Below are positions 18,123 through 28,393 of a stretch of 64,000 nucleotides of DNA, in pieces. The first letter of the stretch is position 1. Each line of letters starts with the position of its first letter. Under the pieces are notes generated by a model that saw only the letters and a list, made by a program, of their open reading frames with translations, did not search any database and was not told the DNA's origin. Origin of the DNA: Candidatus Pyrohabitans jungbluthii. Lineage in GTDB: Archaea; Hydrothermarchaeota; Hydrothermarchaeia; Hydrothermarchaeales; BMS3B. The translations under genes and the position numbers were made by a program. Location: the NCBI GenBank assembly GCA_002010065.2, contig MTMD02000008.1, positions 64,001 through 128,000 on the forward strand. The letters are read 5' to 3'.

Positions 18123-18806
18123 ATGAGCTTCAAGCTTGAGATTGACCCGGAAGCCTGCCAGGGCTGTGGGAATTGCATCGTCGTGTGCCCTGTTAATGCA
18201 CTTAGCGATAGCGTAGCTGGTGGACGAGGAGACAGTGAGGATCGAAACTTTGGCGTTAAGGTAGGTGCTGTGCAGATATACGACCCGGAGTTCTGCACAG
18301 GCTGCGGAACCTGCGTGAATACCTGCGGCTATGAGGCGATAACGCTGAAGGCTGAGGTTGCGGAAGAGAGCAGGAAGGAGAAGGTGAAGATAGACGCCTT
18401 GCCTGCGACGGGTGACAAAGCGGAGGTTCTTAAGCTCATTGAGCGTGAGGGACCCCTCAGCATAGCTGAGATTGCTGAGAGGCTGGGTATTCCGCCGGCG
18501 AAGGCCGCAAGTGCTGTTTTTGCTCTGAAGAATGAGAACAAGGTATTCGAGTATGAAAAGCAGAGCGACGGACTAAGAGAGTGGTACACATACTCCACAA
18601 AGCCGCCGGCGAAAAAGGAAGAGGAGAAGAAGGAAGAGGCAGCTGCAGTTGTAAAAGTTGATCCGGCTAAGGCAAGGCGTGTGAGGCAGAGTCTTGCTAC
18701 TACGCTCGAGTCCTTCGATGTGGTTAAGATAAGGTTTCTGATAGAGACGGGCAAGCTGGACAAGGCTATTGAGGAGCTGGTGAGCCGGGTAAAGGAGGAG
18801 GCGTAA
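18123..18806 (+). CDS. fwdG: FwdG-like 2[4Fe-4S] ferredoxin fused to a winged-helix domain
   Basis: CQGCGNCIVVCPVNA...GGRG, CTGCGTCVNTC; then GPLSIAEIAERLGIPPAKAASAVFALKNENKV HTH. Confidence 0.72.
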   Translation: MSFKLEIDPEACQGCGNCIVVCPVNALSDSVAGGRGDSEDRNFGVKVGAVQIYDPEFCTGCGTCVNTCGYEAITLKAEVAEESRKEKVKIDALPATGDKAEVLKLIEREGPLSIAEIAERLGIPPAKAASAVFALKNENKVFEYEKQSDGLREWYTYSTKPPAKKEEEKKEEAAAVVKVDPAKARRVRQSLATTLESFDVVKIRFLIETGKLDKAIEELVSRVKEEA

Positions 18807-18807
18807 C

Positions 18808-19203
18808 ATGGAGATCACGCTAATAACCGGTAGAACTGTGGCGCAAGGCGAGGCCATGGAGAAGGGGAAAATCGGAGAGGGCTTTACGAAAGCATGCGCT
18901 GTTATCGAGCTTGACCCTGAGGACATGAGCAAGCTTGGAGCATACGAGGGCGACGAGGTAAGGGTGAAAACCGACTCGGGTGAGGTTGTGGTGGTGGCGA
19001 AGAAATCCAGCTCAGCCCCTCATCCCGGGGTTGCATTTATACCTATGGGGCCCTGGGCGAATGTAATCGTGGGCGGCGATACAGAGAGCACAGGTATGCC
19101 ACCCTTCAAGGGCACAAAAGCGGAGATTACCCTCGCTAAAGGGGAGCGTGTGCTGAGCGCAGCCGAGCTGGTGGCCCAGATTTACACCAAGGATAAGGAG
19201 TGA
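18808..19203 (+). CDS. fwdD: Formylmethanofuran dehydrogenase subunit D
   Basis: LITGRTVAQG, FIPMGPWAN, TGMPPFKG. Confidence 0.93.
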   Translation: MEITLITGRTVAQGEAMEKGKIGEGFTKACAVIELDPEDMSKLGAYEGDEVRVKTDSGEVVVVAKKSSSAPHPGVAFIPMGPWANVIVGGDTESTGMPPFKGTKAEITLAKGERVLSAAELVAQIYTKDKE

Positions 19204-20540
19204 GGCTCATGCAAAGATATACCGACGTGATATGCAGCTTTTGCGGCACCCTCTGCGATGATATAGAGGTTGTGGTGGAGGATAATAAGATCGTCGATGT
19301 GAAGCACGCGTGCAGAATAGGCACGGCGAAGTTCCTGGCGAGTAACGACTATGAGCACCGCCTTCTTAAGCCTATGGTGAGGAAGAATGGCAAGCTCGTG
19401 GAAGTGAGCCTTGACGAAGCCATTGAGGAAGCTGCCAGGATTCTTAAAGACGCAACCAAGCCCCTGCTCTACGGGTGGAGTAGCACCAGCTGTGAGGCTC
19501 ATTCTGTTGGTGTAGAGCTTGCGGAGGAGTTAGGTGGAGTTATAGACAACACCACTACGGTATGCCACGGTCCCAGTGTGCTGGCTATACATGACGCTGG
19601 TTACATAAGCTGCACTCTGGGTGAGGTTAAGAATCGTGCTGATTTGATAATCTACTGGGGCGCCAACCCAATGCACGGGCATCCGCGCCACCTCTCGCGC
19701 TATTCCATATTTCCGCGCGGCTACTTCCGCGAGCGCGGACAGCAAGATCGCGAGCTTATTGTTATAGATGTGCGCAAAACCGACACAGCGAAGATAGCCA
19801 ACAAGTTCATAAAGGTGAACTACGGCGAGGACTACGAACTGATCTCGGCGCTGCGCAAGGTTGTTAATGGCGGCGAGCTTCGCGAAGAGAGCGTTGCAGG
19901 CGTCCCCAGAGAGGAGATAATCGCCCTGGCGGAGAAGATGAAGAATGCGCAGTTCGGCGTACTCTTCTTCGGCATGGGGCTTACGCAGAGCTACGGCAGG
20001 CACCGCAACATAGACAATGCGATTAACCTCGTGCGTGACCTGAATGCTCACACAAAGTTTGTGATTATGGCGATGCGCGGGCATTACAACGTTACAGGCT
20101 TCAACGAGGTGCTCAGCTGGCAGGCAGGTTTCCCATATGCTGTGGATTTCGGCAGGGGCTATGCGTGGTACAACCCCGGCGAGACCACAGCCAACGACGT
20201 GCTGCAGCGCGGCGAATGCGACGCCGCGCTGATCATCGCCAGCGACCCTGTCTCACACTTCCCGAGGAAGAGTATAGAACACCTTGCTAGAATACCCTTC
20301 ATAGCCATAGATATACACCCCACGCCGACGACGCAGCTTGCGGATGTAGTTATTCCAAGCGCCATCGCGGGCATAGAGGTGGAAGGTACCGCTTACCGTA
20401 TGGACGCCGTGCCCCTGAGGCTTAGAAAGGTTAAGGAGCCTCCCGAAGGTGTGCTCAGCGACGTTGAAATACTCCGCCGCATCCTTGCCAGAGTGAGGGG
20501 CGAGGAGGCGCTCACGGCGAAGGCGGAGGTGGCAAAATGA
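19200..20540 (+). CDS. fwdB: Formylmethanofuran dehydrogenase subunit B (Cys form)
   Basis: CSFCGTLCDD, VCHGPS metal ligand, HPRHLSRYS, MRGHYNV. Confidence 0.96.
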   Translation: MRLMQRYTDVICSFCGTLCDDIEVVVEDNKIVDVKHACRIGTAKFLASNDYEHRLLKPMVRKNGKLVEVSLDEAIEEAARILKDATKPLLYGWSSTSCEAHSVGVELAEELGGVIDNTTTVCHGPSVLAIHDAGYISCTLGEVKNRADLIIYWGANPMHGHPRHLSRYSIFPRGYFRERGQQDRELIVIDVRKTDTAKIANKFIKVNYGEDYELISALRKVVNGGELREESVAGVPREEIIALAEKMKNAQFGVLFFGMGLTQSYGRHRNIDNAINLVRDLNAHTKFVIMAMRGHYNVTGFNEVLSWQAGFPYAVDFGRGYAWYNPGETTANDVLQRGECDAALIIASDPVSHFPRKSIEHLARIPFIAIDIHPTPTTQLADVVIPSAIAGIEVEGTAYRMDAVPLRLRKVKEPPEGVLSDVEILRRILARVRGEEALTAKAEVAK

Positions 20541-22243
20541 GTGGGCTCATCTTGAAGAACGGTTACGTTTACGACCCCCTCAACGGCATTAAGGGGGAGA
20601 AGATGGACATCTGCATAGAGAACGGGAAGATTGTGGAAGAGGTTAGCGATGCAAAGGTTATCGACTGCTCGGGTAAGGTGGTAATGCCTGGCGGAGTGGA
20701 GATACACAGCCACCTAGCGGGGGGCAAGGTGAACGTCGGTAGGATGCTTCGTCCTGAGGACCACCTCAAGAATGTTTACCCCAAGACGAAGCTCACCCGT
20801 GCGGCGAACGGCTATTCCACGCCGTCAACCTTCCTCACAGGCTACCTCTATGCGAAGCTGGGCTATACCACCGCCTTTACCGCGGCTCTACCCCCGCTCA
20901 TGGCAAGGCATACCCACGAGGAGCTTCACGACATACCTATGCTGGACAAGGGCGCGCTTACGCTGATGGGCAACAACTGGTTTATAATGCGCTACCTGAA
21001 GCGTGGTGATGTTGAGCTTGCCGCCGCCTTCGTTGCGTGGCTGCTCAAGGCAGTAAAGGGCTACGCGATAAAGGTTGTGAACCCGGGTGGAGGAGAAGCC
21101 TGGGGCTGGGGTAGAGACGTTCGCAGCCTAGACGACCCAGTGCCCCACTTCGATATAACACCCAGGGAAATAATCTCCGGTCTTGTTAAAGTTAATGAGA
21201 TGCTCGCCCTGCCGCACAGCATCCATCTGCACGCGAATAACCTGGGCAGAGTGGGCAATTTCGCCACGACGCTTGAAACAATGCAGGTGCCCAATGGCAC
21301 AAAACCTGCTCGCGAGAGACAGGTACTCCAGCTTACCCATGCCCAGTTCCACTCCTATGGTGGTGATTCGTGGAAGAACTTCGCCTCCGAGGCGGAGAGC
21401 ATAGCTAAGGCGGTGAACAGCAACGAGAATGTTATAATAGACATTGGACAGGTGGTCTTCGGCGACACAACGACGATGACCGCCGACGGGCCGATGGAGT
21501 ATTACCTTTCTTCCCTTACCGGCTTGAAGTGGGCAAACAAGAATATAGAGCTTGAGACATCGCCAGGGGTTACACCCTTCGTGTACTCAAAGCGCAGCCC
21601 GGTCTCGGCGGTGCAGTGGGCGGTAGGTTTAGAACTGGCGCTCCATATCAACGACGCCTGGAAGGTTCTGCTTACCACCGACCACCCCAATGGTGCGCCC
21701 TTCTTCAAGTACCCGACGATTATAGCGTGGCTTATGAGCAGCAAGTATAGGGAAGAGACGATGAAGGAAGTGCACAGCGCTGCACAGAAGAACACCACCC
21801 TCGCGACCATCGACAGAGAGTACGACTTCTATGAGATTGCGACGATAACCCGCGCGGGGCAGGCGAAGAGCCTCGGGATACAGGAGACGAAGGGACATCT
21901 TGGCGTGGGTGCTGATGCGGATGTAGCTGTGTATGACATTAATCCTGAGGAGATCGACCCAAGCAGGGACTACAAGCTCATTGAGGAGAAATTCGCCCGC
22001 ACCAGCTACACCATAAAGGGTGGCGAGATTGTTGTGAAAGATGGCGAGATAGTTAAGGTGGTACAGGGTAAAACGCTGTACATCGACGCCCGCGTGGATG
22101 AGAGCCTCGAGCGGGAGGTCATGCGGGATATAGACTACTACTTCAAGCGCTTCTACAGCGTTAACTTGGCCAACTACCCGGTGCAGGAGGTTTACCTTAC
22201 CAACCCCACACCTGTGCAGATAGACGCCACTAATGTAAGGTGA
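20537..22243 (+). CDS. fwdA: Formylmethanofuran dehydrogenase subunit A
   Basis: HSHLAGGKVN, KVVNPGG, HSIHLHANNLG, TTDHPNG amidohydrolase motifs. Confidence 0.97.
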   Translation: MSGLILKNGYVYDPLNGIKGEKMDICIENGKIVEEVSDAKVIDCSGKVVMPGGVEIHSHLAGGKVNVGRMLRPEDHLKNVYPKTKLTRAANGYSTPSTFLTGYLYAKLGYTTAFTAALPPLMARHTHEELHDIPMLDKGALTLMGNNWFIMRYLKRGDVELAAAFVAWLLKAVKGYAIKVVNPGGGEAWGWGRDVRSLDDPVPHFDITPREIISGLVKVNEMLALPHSIHLHANNLGRVGNFATTLETMQVPNGTKPARERQVLQLTHAQFHSYGGDSWKNFASEAESIAKAVNSNENVIIDIGQVVFGDTTTMTADGPMEYYLSSLTGLKWANKNIELETSPGVTPFVYSKRSPVSAVQWAVGLELALHINDAWKVLLTTDHPNGAPFFKYPTIIAWLMSSKYREETMKEVHSAAQKNTTLATIDREYDFYEIATITRAGQAKSLGIQETKGHLGVGADADVAVYDINPEEIDPSRDYKLIEEKFARTSYTIKGGEIVVKDGEIVKVVQGKTLYIDARVDESLEREVMRDIDYYFKRFYSVNLANYPVQEVYLTNPTPVQIDATNVR

Positions 22244-22247
22244 TAGG

Positions 22248-23036
22248 ATGAAGGAGGTTGTGCTTACCCCAAAGGAGCAGCCGAGCTATGGCTTAATCGC
22301 CGAGTGCATAAGTTGCGATGTGTTTGCCGGAAAAAGCATCGACGAGATTAAGGCTCTGCCCGTGTATTACGGCAATAAGCAGGGCGAGCTGGGAGACTTC
22401 TTTGAGATTAGTGGGGAGGTGGCGAGCAGCGCTGAGGAGCAGCGCATAGTTATAGCAGGGGACGTGCCCAAGACGCGCTGGATAGGTAAGGAGATGAGCG
22501 CCGGCGAGATTGTGGTTAAGGGCAGCGCAGAGATGTACGTCGGTGCCTGGATGCGCGGAGGTAAGATTATCGTGGAAGGCAATGTTGGCGCCTTCTCTGG
22601 CATGCTGATGCAGGGCGGCGAGCTTTACGTTAAGGGCAACGCTGGGGATTATCTGGGCTGCTCCTACCGCGGTGAGTGGCGCGGCATGCGGGGCGGCACG
22701 ATAATTGTCGAGGGCAATGCAGGCATGGAGGTAGGGCAGAACCTCAATGGAGGCAGAATTTTCGTAAAGGGTAGTGTGGAGAGCTTCGCCGGCGTGAGGA
22801 TGAAGAAGGGTCTGCTCGTGGTCGGCTCCGCTACTGATCGCGTGGGAGCGCAAATGGTGGGAGGCACCATAGTGGTACTGGGAAACGTTTTAAGGCTGCT
22901 CCCAAGCTTTGACCCCGCTGGCGAGGTGGAGAATCCAAGCGTCGCTGACGAGAGCTTTGAAGGTGTGTTTAACAAGTACACCGGCGACCACGCTGAGAGG
23001 CACGCGAAGGGCGTGCTTTACGTGAGGAAGGAGTAG
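22248..23036 (+). CDS. fwdC: Formylmethanofuran dehydrogenase subunit C
   Basis: GXGXG/M.GG.I.V.G beta-helix repeats, YRGEWRGMRGG. Confidence 0.95.
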   Translation: MKEVVLTPKEQPSYGLIAECISCDVFAGKSIDEIKALPVYYGNKQGELGDFFEISGEVASSAEEQRIVIAGDVPKTRWIGKEMSAGEIVVKGSAEMYVGAWMRGGKIIVEGNVGAFSGMLMQGGELYVKGNAGDYLGCSYRGEWRGMRGGTIIVEGNAGMEVGQNLNGGRIFVKGSVESFAGVRMKKGLLVVGSATDRVGAQMVGGTIVVLGNVLRLLPSFDPAGEVENPSVADESFEGVFNKYTGDHAERHAKGVLYVRKE

Positions 23037-23127
23037 TTGAGAATCAGGCGAAGCTGTATCAAAAAGGTCTGAATACCTTTTGCCCGCCTTTTTCATTTAT
23101 TTCCTTATTTGATTTTTACAAATTTAG

Positions 23128-26100
23128 CTACCCAATCCCCCTAATCTCCTCATAAAGCTCCCGTAGCGCCTCCTCATAATTCATCTCTCCCCTCTCAATG
23201 GCGTCCATCTTTTCCTCGAGTAGCTTTGTCCTCTCCTCTGATACGAAGTTACCATACCTGCGCGAAAGGTAGGTGTAGACCTCCTTCCCTAGCCTTGTGG
23301 GCAGGACTCTGCCGTTGCGCTCAACCACATACCTGCGCAGGAAAAGGCGGTCGAGTATTGTGGCGTAGGTGGAAGGTCTGCCTATGCCGCGAGCCTTCAT
23401 AAGCTGAATAATCTCAGCCTGGGTGAGAAGCTTCGCTTTTGGCAGGAGGAGCACCTTTGCCCTAGCTCTGATTCTGCCAAGAGGTAATGCCTTTCTCACA
23501 GGTGCAGCCCATCGGTAGAGCTCAACTGCTCTCCCCCTCGCCTCCAAAATGCGCTCCTCCTCGATGCTTTCCTCATCCCAGGCGACACGGTAGCGCGCCA
23601 CCTTAGCCACGAATGGCTTTGCCTGGCTTGCCATGAAGCGCCTGAATATTAAGTCGTAAAGCGCCAGGTGGCGCCAGGTTAATGCTTCTGCGTAAACCAC
23701 GCCCTCGCTTATCAATCGCTGCAGCGTCTCCTTGGGCACTGCCCTTGTCGGGCGAATGCACTCGTGCGCACCCTCGGCACGCCACTCTCTGCCGGCGAAA
23801 TCCTCGCCTAAGAATTCCCTCGCCAGCCTCAGTCCAACGTCGCTAACCCTAGTTGAGTCTGTGCGGTGGTAGGTTATAAGTCCGCTTTCGAAGAGTTCCT
23901 GCGCCAGCTTCATGGCATCCTTTGCAGGTATCTTGAGGATAGCGTAGGCGTCCCTGAGAAGGGTGTCTGTCGTGTAGGGTGGCAGAGGGGTGCGTTCTTC
24001 CTCCTTCTCCTCAATCAGAGAGATTTCCAGCTCCAGCTCTTCTCTGTCCACGCCCTCCAGGCTCAGCCCCAGCTCCTTGATCACAGCGACGCGCCTCTTC
24101 TGCTTGTGCTCTTCCGCGCGCCTGATAACCCAGCCCAGCACAGGTGTCTGAGCTCTGCCTGCGGAGAGGTTGGTTCTTGAGAAAACCTGCCACAGCTTCT
24201 GACTCAGGGTGAAGCCTATCCAGCGGTCCTCTATCCTTCGCACAATCTGCGCCTTCACAAGCCTCTCGTCTATGTCGCGGAGGTTGCTTAACGCCTCGCT
24301 TACCGCTCGTCTGGTAACCTCGTGGAACTCCGCCCGCTTAACACGACCGCAGCCCGCGAGAAGATTAGCTAGGTCCCATGCTATCTTCTCCCCTTCTGCA
24401 TCTGGGTCTGTGCCGATTATCACCTCGCCTGCGTCTTTTGCAAGCTTGCGAAGCGTCTCCACTCTGCGAGAAGCGTCGTCTATTGCAATGCTTCCGCATT
24501 TGGGGCAAGCCTCCGCAGTGAAGGTGAACTGGTAGCCGCAGTTTCGGCAGCGCTTTATGCTGGCATAGACCGGCACAAAACTGGAGTTGAGCTCTACTCC
24601 ATGAAAGCCTCGATCGGTTACCAGGTCCACCACATGACCTAAGCATGCGGTGACCAGAAGCACCCGTGTGGAGGTGGGCACCTCATACGCAATAAGCTCA
24701 GCTTCCTCGCCCCTTCGGAGCACGCGAACGCTGGGTTTGCCGAAGAATCGCGAGATCTGCCTTGCCTTTGTTGGACTTTCTACGATAAAAAGCGCAGGAG
24801 TTATCATTTCACTGAGCTTAGCTCTGCGTTTATACTGCACCCTGCTCTCATCAATCTCCCTTGCAAGCTTGGCGAAATCCACCTCCTCGAGGCTTTTAAA
24901 CTCTATATCGTAGTAGCTCGCACGCTGGATAAAGGCGTTGAGAAGTGCCTTATCGTTTTCAAGGAGGAATGAAGCACCCTTGGTAAGCCCTCCTGCGAAT
25001 AACCGTGAGGTTCTCCCAGAGCCCTGAATGTAGGTCCTGACGTCAGGGAATATCACCTCGCCCTCGCGGACAACCACGTCCTTCTCTTCCGTTTTTCCCT
25101 CCTTTACAAGCCTGCCAAGCACCTCACGAAGCCTCTTTTGAAGCTCTGCATCCCTCTCCAGTGTGGAAAGCTTTGGCAGAAACTCTTTAATCTCATCACG
25201 GTTCCTGAAAATAAGCGCAAGCACCCTGAGCATTCCGGGGCTCAAGCTATCTATTTCAGCGAGGCACAGCCTTATCGCGGGTGCGCCCACAAATATCGCG
25301 AAGCGTATGCGCTCCGGCAGGTCTAACCCTCGAACCAAGGTACCGTAGTAGTAGGAGGTGCCTATCAGGTGCTCGAGTTCGCCACGCTCAAAGGCTGCGA
25401 AGTCCCTTTTATCCCCAGAGCTTACAATGCCAACCTTGAGACCATTAAGGGCTTCATGCAGCCTCTCCGCCTCCTCAGCGCTCCTCGCGAAAATCAGCCC
25501 TCCAGAGCCCATTTTCCTGAGGATTTTCTTAATTATGCCAATGTTCTCATCGCTGACTGCGAAGTCCTCGACGTTGCGAAGCGCGTAGCTGGTTGCCCCC
25601 ACGTCAAAGTTCAGAAGCTCCCTGAAAAGCCTCGTCTGCTTCCCGGGCTTAGCCGTAGCCGTGGAAACCATGAGCGCACCCTTGGGTGAGCCCTTCCACT
25701 TTCCACCCTCGCGGGAGAAGCCCAGGAGAAGGAGAATCTTCTCCACATTTCTCGAGCCCTTAAGCACTGCATCCACGTCGTCCACGAAGATGAAGTTGAA
25801 ACTCCTGCCTCTGAGCAGGTCAAACCTCCTGGCAAGGAAGCTTGTTGTGGTAACAAGAATGCTGCATTTTCCCTGAGAAAGAAACTCAAAGAACCTTTCC
25901 TTCTCGTTCTTCTTGAGCTCCGAGTGGTAGTAGAGGACCCCTATGCCCTCACCATCGCCGTTGAAGGACGCGCTTAGCTCTGCTCTACCGGCATAGCTCC
26001 TTAAGCTCGCCACCACCTGATTCACGAGTAGCGTGGTGGGGAGCAGGATGTAGCTTCTTTTATTGTGCAGCGCAAGGAAGAGTGCCATCACAGCACCAAA

Positions 26101-26361
26101 GGACGTCTTCCCCACGCCAGTGGGCGCGACAGCCGCAAAGCTCTCGCCGCGAAGCACGCGCCGCGCCCAAAGCTGTTGGAGTGCCCTCGGTTCAGCAATG
26201 GTTTTCCTGAAAAAGCTCAGAAACTCCTCAACCAGTGCCTCCTCTTTTGTGAGGCACAGCAGCTTTCCCCGCAGCCTACATATCCCCTGCCCGGCTTCGT
26301 CTACGCTTAAATCACCGCCGCATTCGCTGCAGAGAGCCTCGTAAATAGCCTCGAGCATCAC
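23128..26361 (-). CDS. rgy: Reverse gyrase
   Basis: N-terminal Zn finger, APTGVGKT, DDVD, YIQGSGRTSR, ESPTKA, ITYHRTDS topoisomerase IA active site. Confidence 0.97.
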   Translation of the reverse strand: MMLEAIYEALCSECGGDLSVDEAGQGICRLRGKLLCLTKEEALVEEFLSFFRKTIAEPRALQQLWARRVLRGESFAAVAPTGVGKTSFGAVMALFLALHNKRSYILLPTTLLVNQVVASLRSYAGRAELSASFNGDGEGIGVLYYHSELKKNEKERFFEFLSQGKCSILVTTTSFLARRFDLLRGRSFNFIFVDDVDAVLKGSRNVEKILLLLGFSREGGKWKGSPKGALMVSTATAKPGKQTRLFRELLNFDVGATSYALRNVEDFAVSDENIGIIKKILRKMGSGGLIFARSAEEAERLHEALNGLKVGIVSSGDKRDFAAFERGELEHLIGTSYYYGTLVRGLDLPERIRFAIFVGAPAIRLCLAEIDSLSPGMLRVLALIFRNRDEIKEFLPKLSTLERDAELQKRLREVLGRLVKEGKTEEKDVVVREGEVIFPDVRTYIQGSGRTSRLFAGGLTKGASFLLENDKALLNAFIQRASYYDIEFKSLEEVDFAKLAREIDESRVQYKRRAKLSEMITPALFIVESPTKARQISRFFGKPSVRVLRRGEEAELIAYEVPTSTRVLLVTACLGHVVDLVTDRGFHGVELNSSFVPVYASIKRCRNCGYQFTFTAEACPKCGSIAIDDASRRVETLRKLAKDAGEVIIGTDPDAEGEKIAWDLANLLAGCGRVKRAEFHEVTRRAVSEALSNLRDIDERLVKAQIVRRIEDRWIGFTLSQKLWQVFSRTNLSAGRAQTPVLGWVIRRAEEHKQKRRVAVIKELGLSLEGVDREELELEISLIEEKEEERTPLPPYTTDTLLRDAYAILKIPAKDAMKLAQELFESGLITYHRTDSTRVSDVGLRLAREFLGEDFAGREWRAEGAHECIRPTRAVPKETLQRLISEGVVYAEALTWRHLALYDLIFRRFMASQAKPFVAKVARYRVAWDEESIEEERILEARGRAVELYRWAAPVRKALPLGRIRARAKVLLLPKAKLLTQAEIIQLMKARGIGRPSTYATILDRLFLRRYVVERNGRVLPTRLGKEVYTYLSRRYGNFVSEERTKLLEEKMDAIERGEMNYEEALRELYEEIRGIG

Positions 26362-26399
26362 TCAAAAAAGCGGCGCCACCAGAGATAAATACTTTCCCA

Positions 26400-28313
26400 T
26401 CACTTTACCCTGAATACATCCAGGTTCTGCACCGCCCGCGTCTCGCTGTAGGTGCGCTTGTAGAGCGAGGATGCAAGTTCTATGCACTTGCTCTCCTCGC
26501 CATGGCAGGTGATTATGCGCTCTGGCTTTGGATTCAGTCTGCGCACGTAGTTGATTAACTGGTTGCGGTCGCTGTGCCCTGAGAAGCCCTCTATGGTGTG
26601 AACCTCCATGTTTATCGTCACAACCTTGGTCTTGCCGTTCTCCTTCATGGGGATCTCCTTCCATCCCTTCTGGATGCGCCTGCCAAGGCTGCCCTCTGCT
26701 TGGTAGCCCACGAAGATCAGCGAGTTCTTCTCGTCGTCGGCGAGGTGGCGCAGGTACTCAATGCTTGGCCCACCTGTAAGCATACCGGAGGTTGCCAGAA
26801 TAACGCTGGGTTCGCCGTCAATTACCTCCTTCCGCTTCGCTGTGCCAGTGACGCGCTTGAATATGTCGCTGAGGAACGGGTTATGCCCGCGGTGGAATAT
26901 CTCTGTTCGCAGCATCCGGTTGAGGTATTCAGGGTAGGTGGTGTGTATCGCTGTTGCTTCCCATATCATGCCGTCCAAGTAGACTGGTATCTCCTCAAGA
27001 ACGCCATTGTTAACGTAGTCCTCCAGTGTGAGCATAAGCTCCTGCGCTCTGCCAACGCTGAACACAGGCACGAGAACCTTACCCTTGCGCTCTATCGTGC
27101 GCCTTATTATCTTAATAAGCTCCTCCTCGGCGCGTCTTCGACTCGGGAGAATGTCGCGCTTGCCGCCGTAGGTGCTCTCGATTATTAGCGTCTCCAAGCG
27201 GGGAAAGCGGAAGTTCGCGGGCTCAAGCAAGCGGGAGCGCTCAAACTTTATGTCTCCTGTATATGCCAGGTTGTAGAGCCCATCGCCGATATGGAAGTGT
27301 GCTATGGAAGAGCCCAGAATGTGCCCTGCGTTGTGAAGGGTTAAGCGAACATCTGGCGCAATGTCTGTGACATCTCCATACTCAAGGGGAATGACGTACT
27401 TGAGCATCTCCTTTATGAACTTTCGCGGGTAGGGTGGCTGCCTGCCTTCGCGCTCCACAACGTCGAGGTAATCCCACTGGAGCAGAAACATCAGGTCGCG
27501 AGTGGGAGGTGTGCAGTACACTGGACCCTCGTAGCCCATATAGTAGAGAAAAGGCACAAAGCCGCAGTGGTCAAGATGGGCATGGGTAATCACCACCGCA
27601 TCAAGCTGCTGGATGTCAAACTCAGGTATGTTCAGGTAGGGGTATGCCTTCTCAGAATCGCCGGCAGCAACGTTAACACCGCAGTCTATTAAAATCCTGC
27701 TCTCAGGTGTGTGGAGGTACATGCAGGTTCGCCCTACCTCGCGGAAGCCACCTAAAGCGGAGACACGTATCCAGTATGTATCCCTCGGGCGGGTGGAGCG
27801 GTGTATCCTTCGCCCTATCTTGAGAAGAATCTCCTTGCGCTTGTCGCTGCTCGCAAGGAGCTGATGGCGAATGCTCTTAACTATCTTTGACTCAATGGGC
27901 GGCGCACGTCTCACGCGGGGGAGCCAGCCTATAGCGACACGAATATCATTTAGCGTTTTCCCAGCCTTGCCTATAACCAAACCCGGCTTTATAGCCTCTA
28001 TGATAACCTCACCGAAGACAGGGTCGAACTTTATGTCTGTTATTCCCGCTTCCTCAGGTACAATCTCCTTTATCTTCTTTATTGCTGTCTCCTCGTCGCT
28101 TAGTACGCTGGAATCTGGGCGTATAATTATGCGTTTGCGTATTATCTTTGCAAGTTCTTTAATTATGTTGCTGTCCGCTGCAAGCACCGCTGGGTTTTTA
28201 GAGTACAGTACAAGCTCACTACCTTCAAAGTCCACCTTGGTAATCAACGCAGAGGCTGGAACGTTTTCCTTTACTATGCTTTTAATCTCCTCCAGTGTGT
28301 CTCTGGCTCTCAT
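26400..28313 (-). CDS. fttA: Beta-CASP ribonuclease aCPSF1 / termination factor FttA
   Basis: N-terminal KH domains, HAHLDH, NAGHILGS, GFSGHSD; next to psmB as usual. Confidence 0.96.
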   Translation of the reverse strand: MRARDTLEEIKSIVKENVPASALITKVDFEGSELVLYSKNPAVLAADSNIIKELAKIIRKRIIIRPDSSVLSDEETAIKKIKEIVPEEAGITDIKFDPVFGEVIIEAIKPGLVIGKAGKTLNDIRVAIGWLPRVRRAPPIESKIVKSIRHQLLASSDKRKEILLKIGRRIHRSTRPRDTYWIRVSALGGFREVGRTCMYLHTPESRILIDCGVNVAAGDSEKAYPYLNIPEFDIQQLDAVVITHAHLDHCGFVPFLYYMGYEGPVYCTPPTRDLMFLLQWDYLDVVEREGRQPPYPRKFIKEMLKYVIPLEYGDVTDIAPDVRLTLHNAGHILGSSIAHFHIGDGLYNLAYTGDIKFERSRLLEPANFRFPRLETLIIESTYGGKRDILPSRRRAEEELIKIIRRTIERKGKVLVPVFSVGRAQELMLTLEDYVNNGVLEEIPVYLDGMIWEATAIHTTYPEYLNRMLRTEIFHRGHNPFLSDIFKRVTGTAKRKEVIDGEPSVILATSGMLTGGPSIEYLRHLADDEKNSLIFVGYQAEGSLGRRIQKGWKEIPMKENGKTKVVTINMEVHTIEGFSGHSDRNQLINYVRRLNPKPERIITCHGEESKCIELASSLYKRTYSETRAVQNLDVFRVK

Positions 28314-28393
28314 AAGCACTTCCTCTTTTTAATTGAAATAAAATAATGAGAGATAATTGAGATTCTAAAGAAGGGAGAAGGGATAAAATCCCT

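Noticed and set aside
19200-20540. Possible selenocysteine-containing FwuB
   Set aside because: The ligand codon is Cys (VCHGPS) and there is no in-frame TGA
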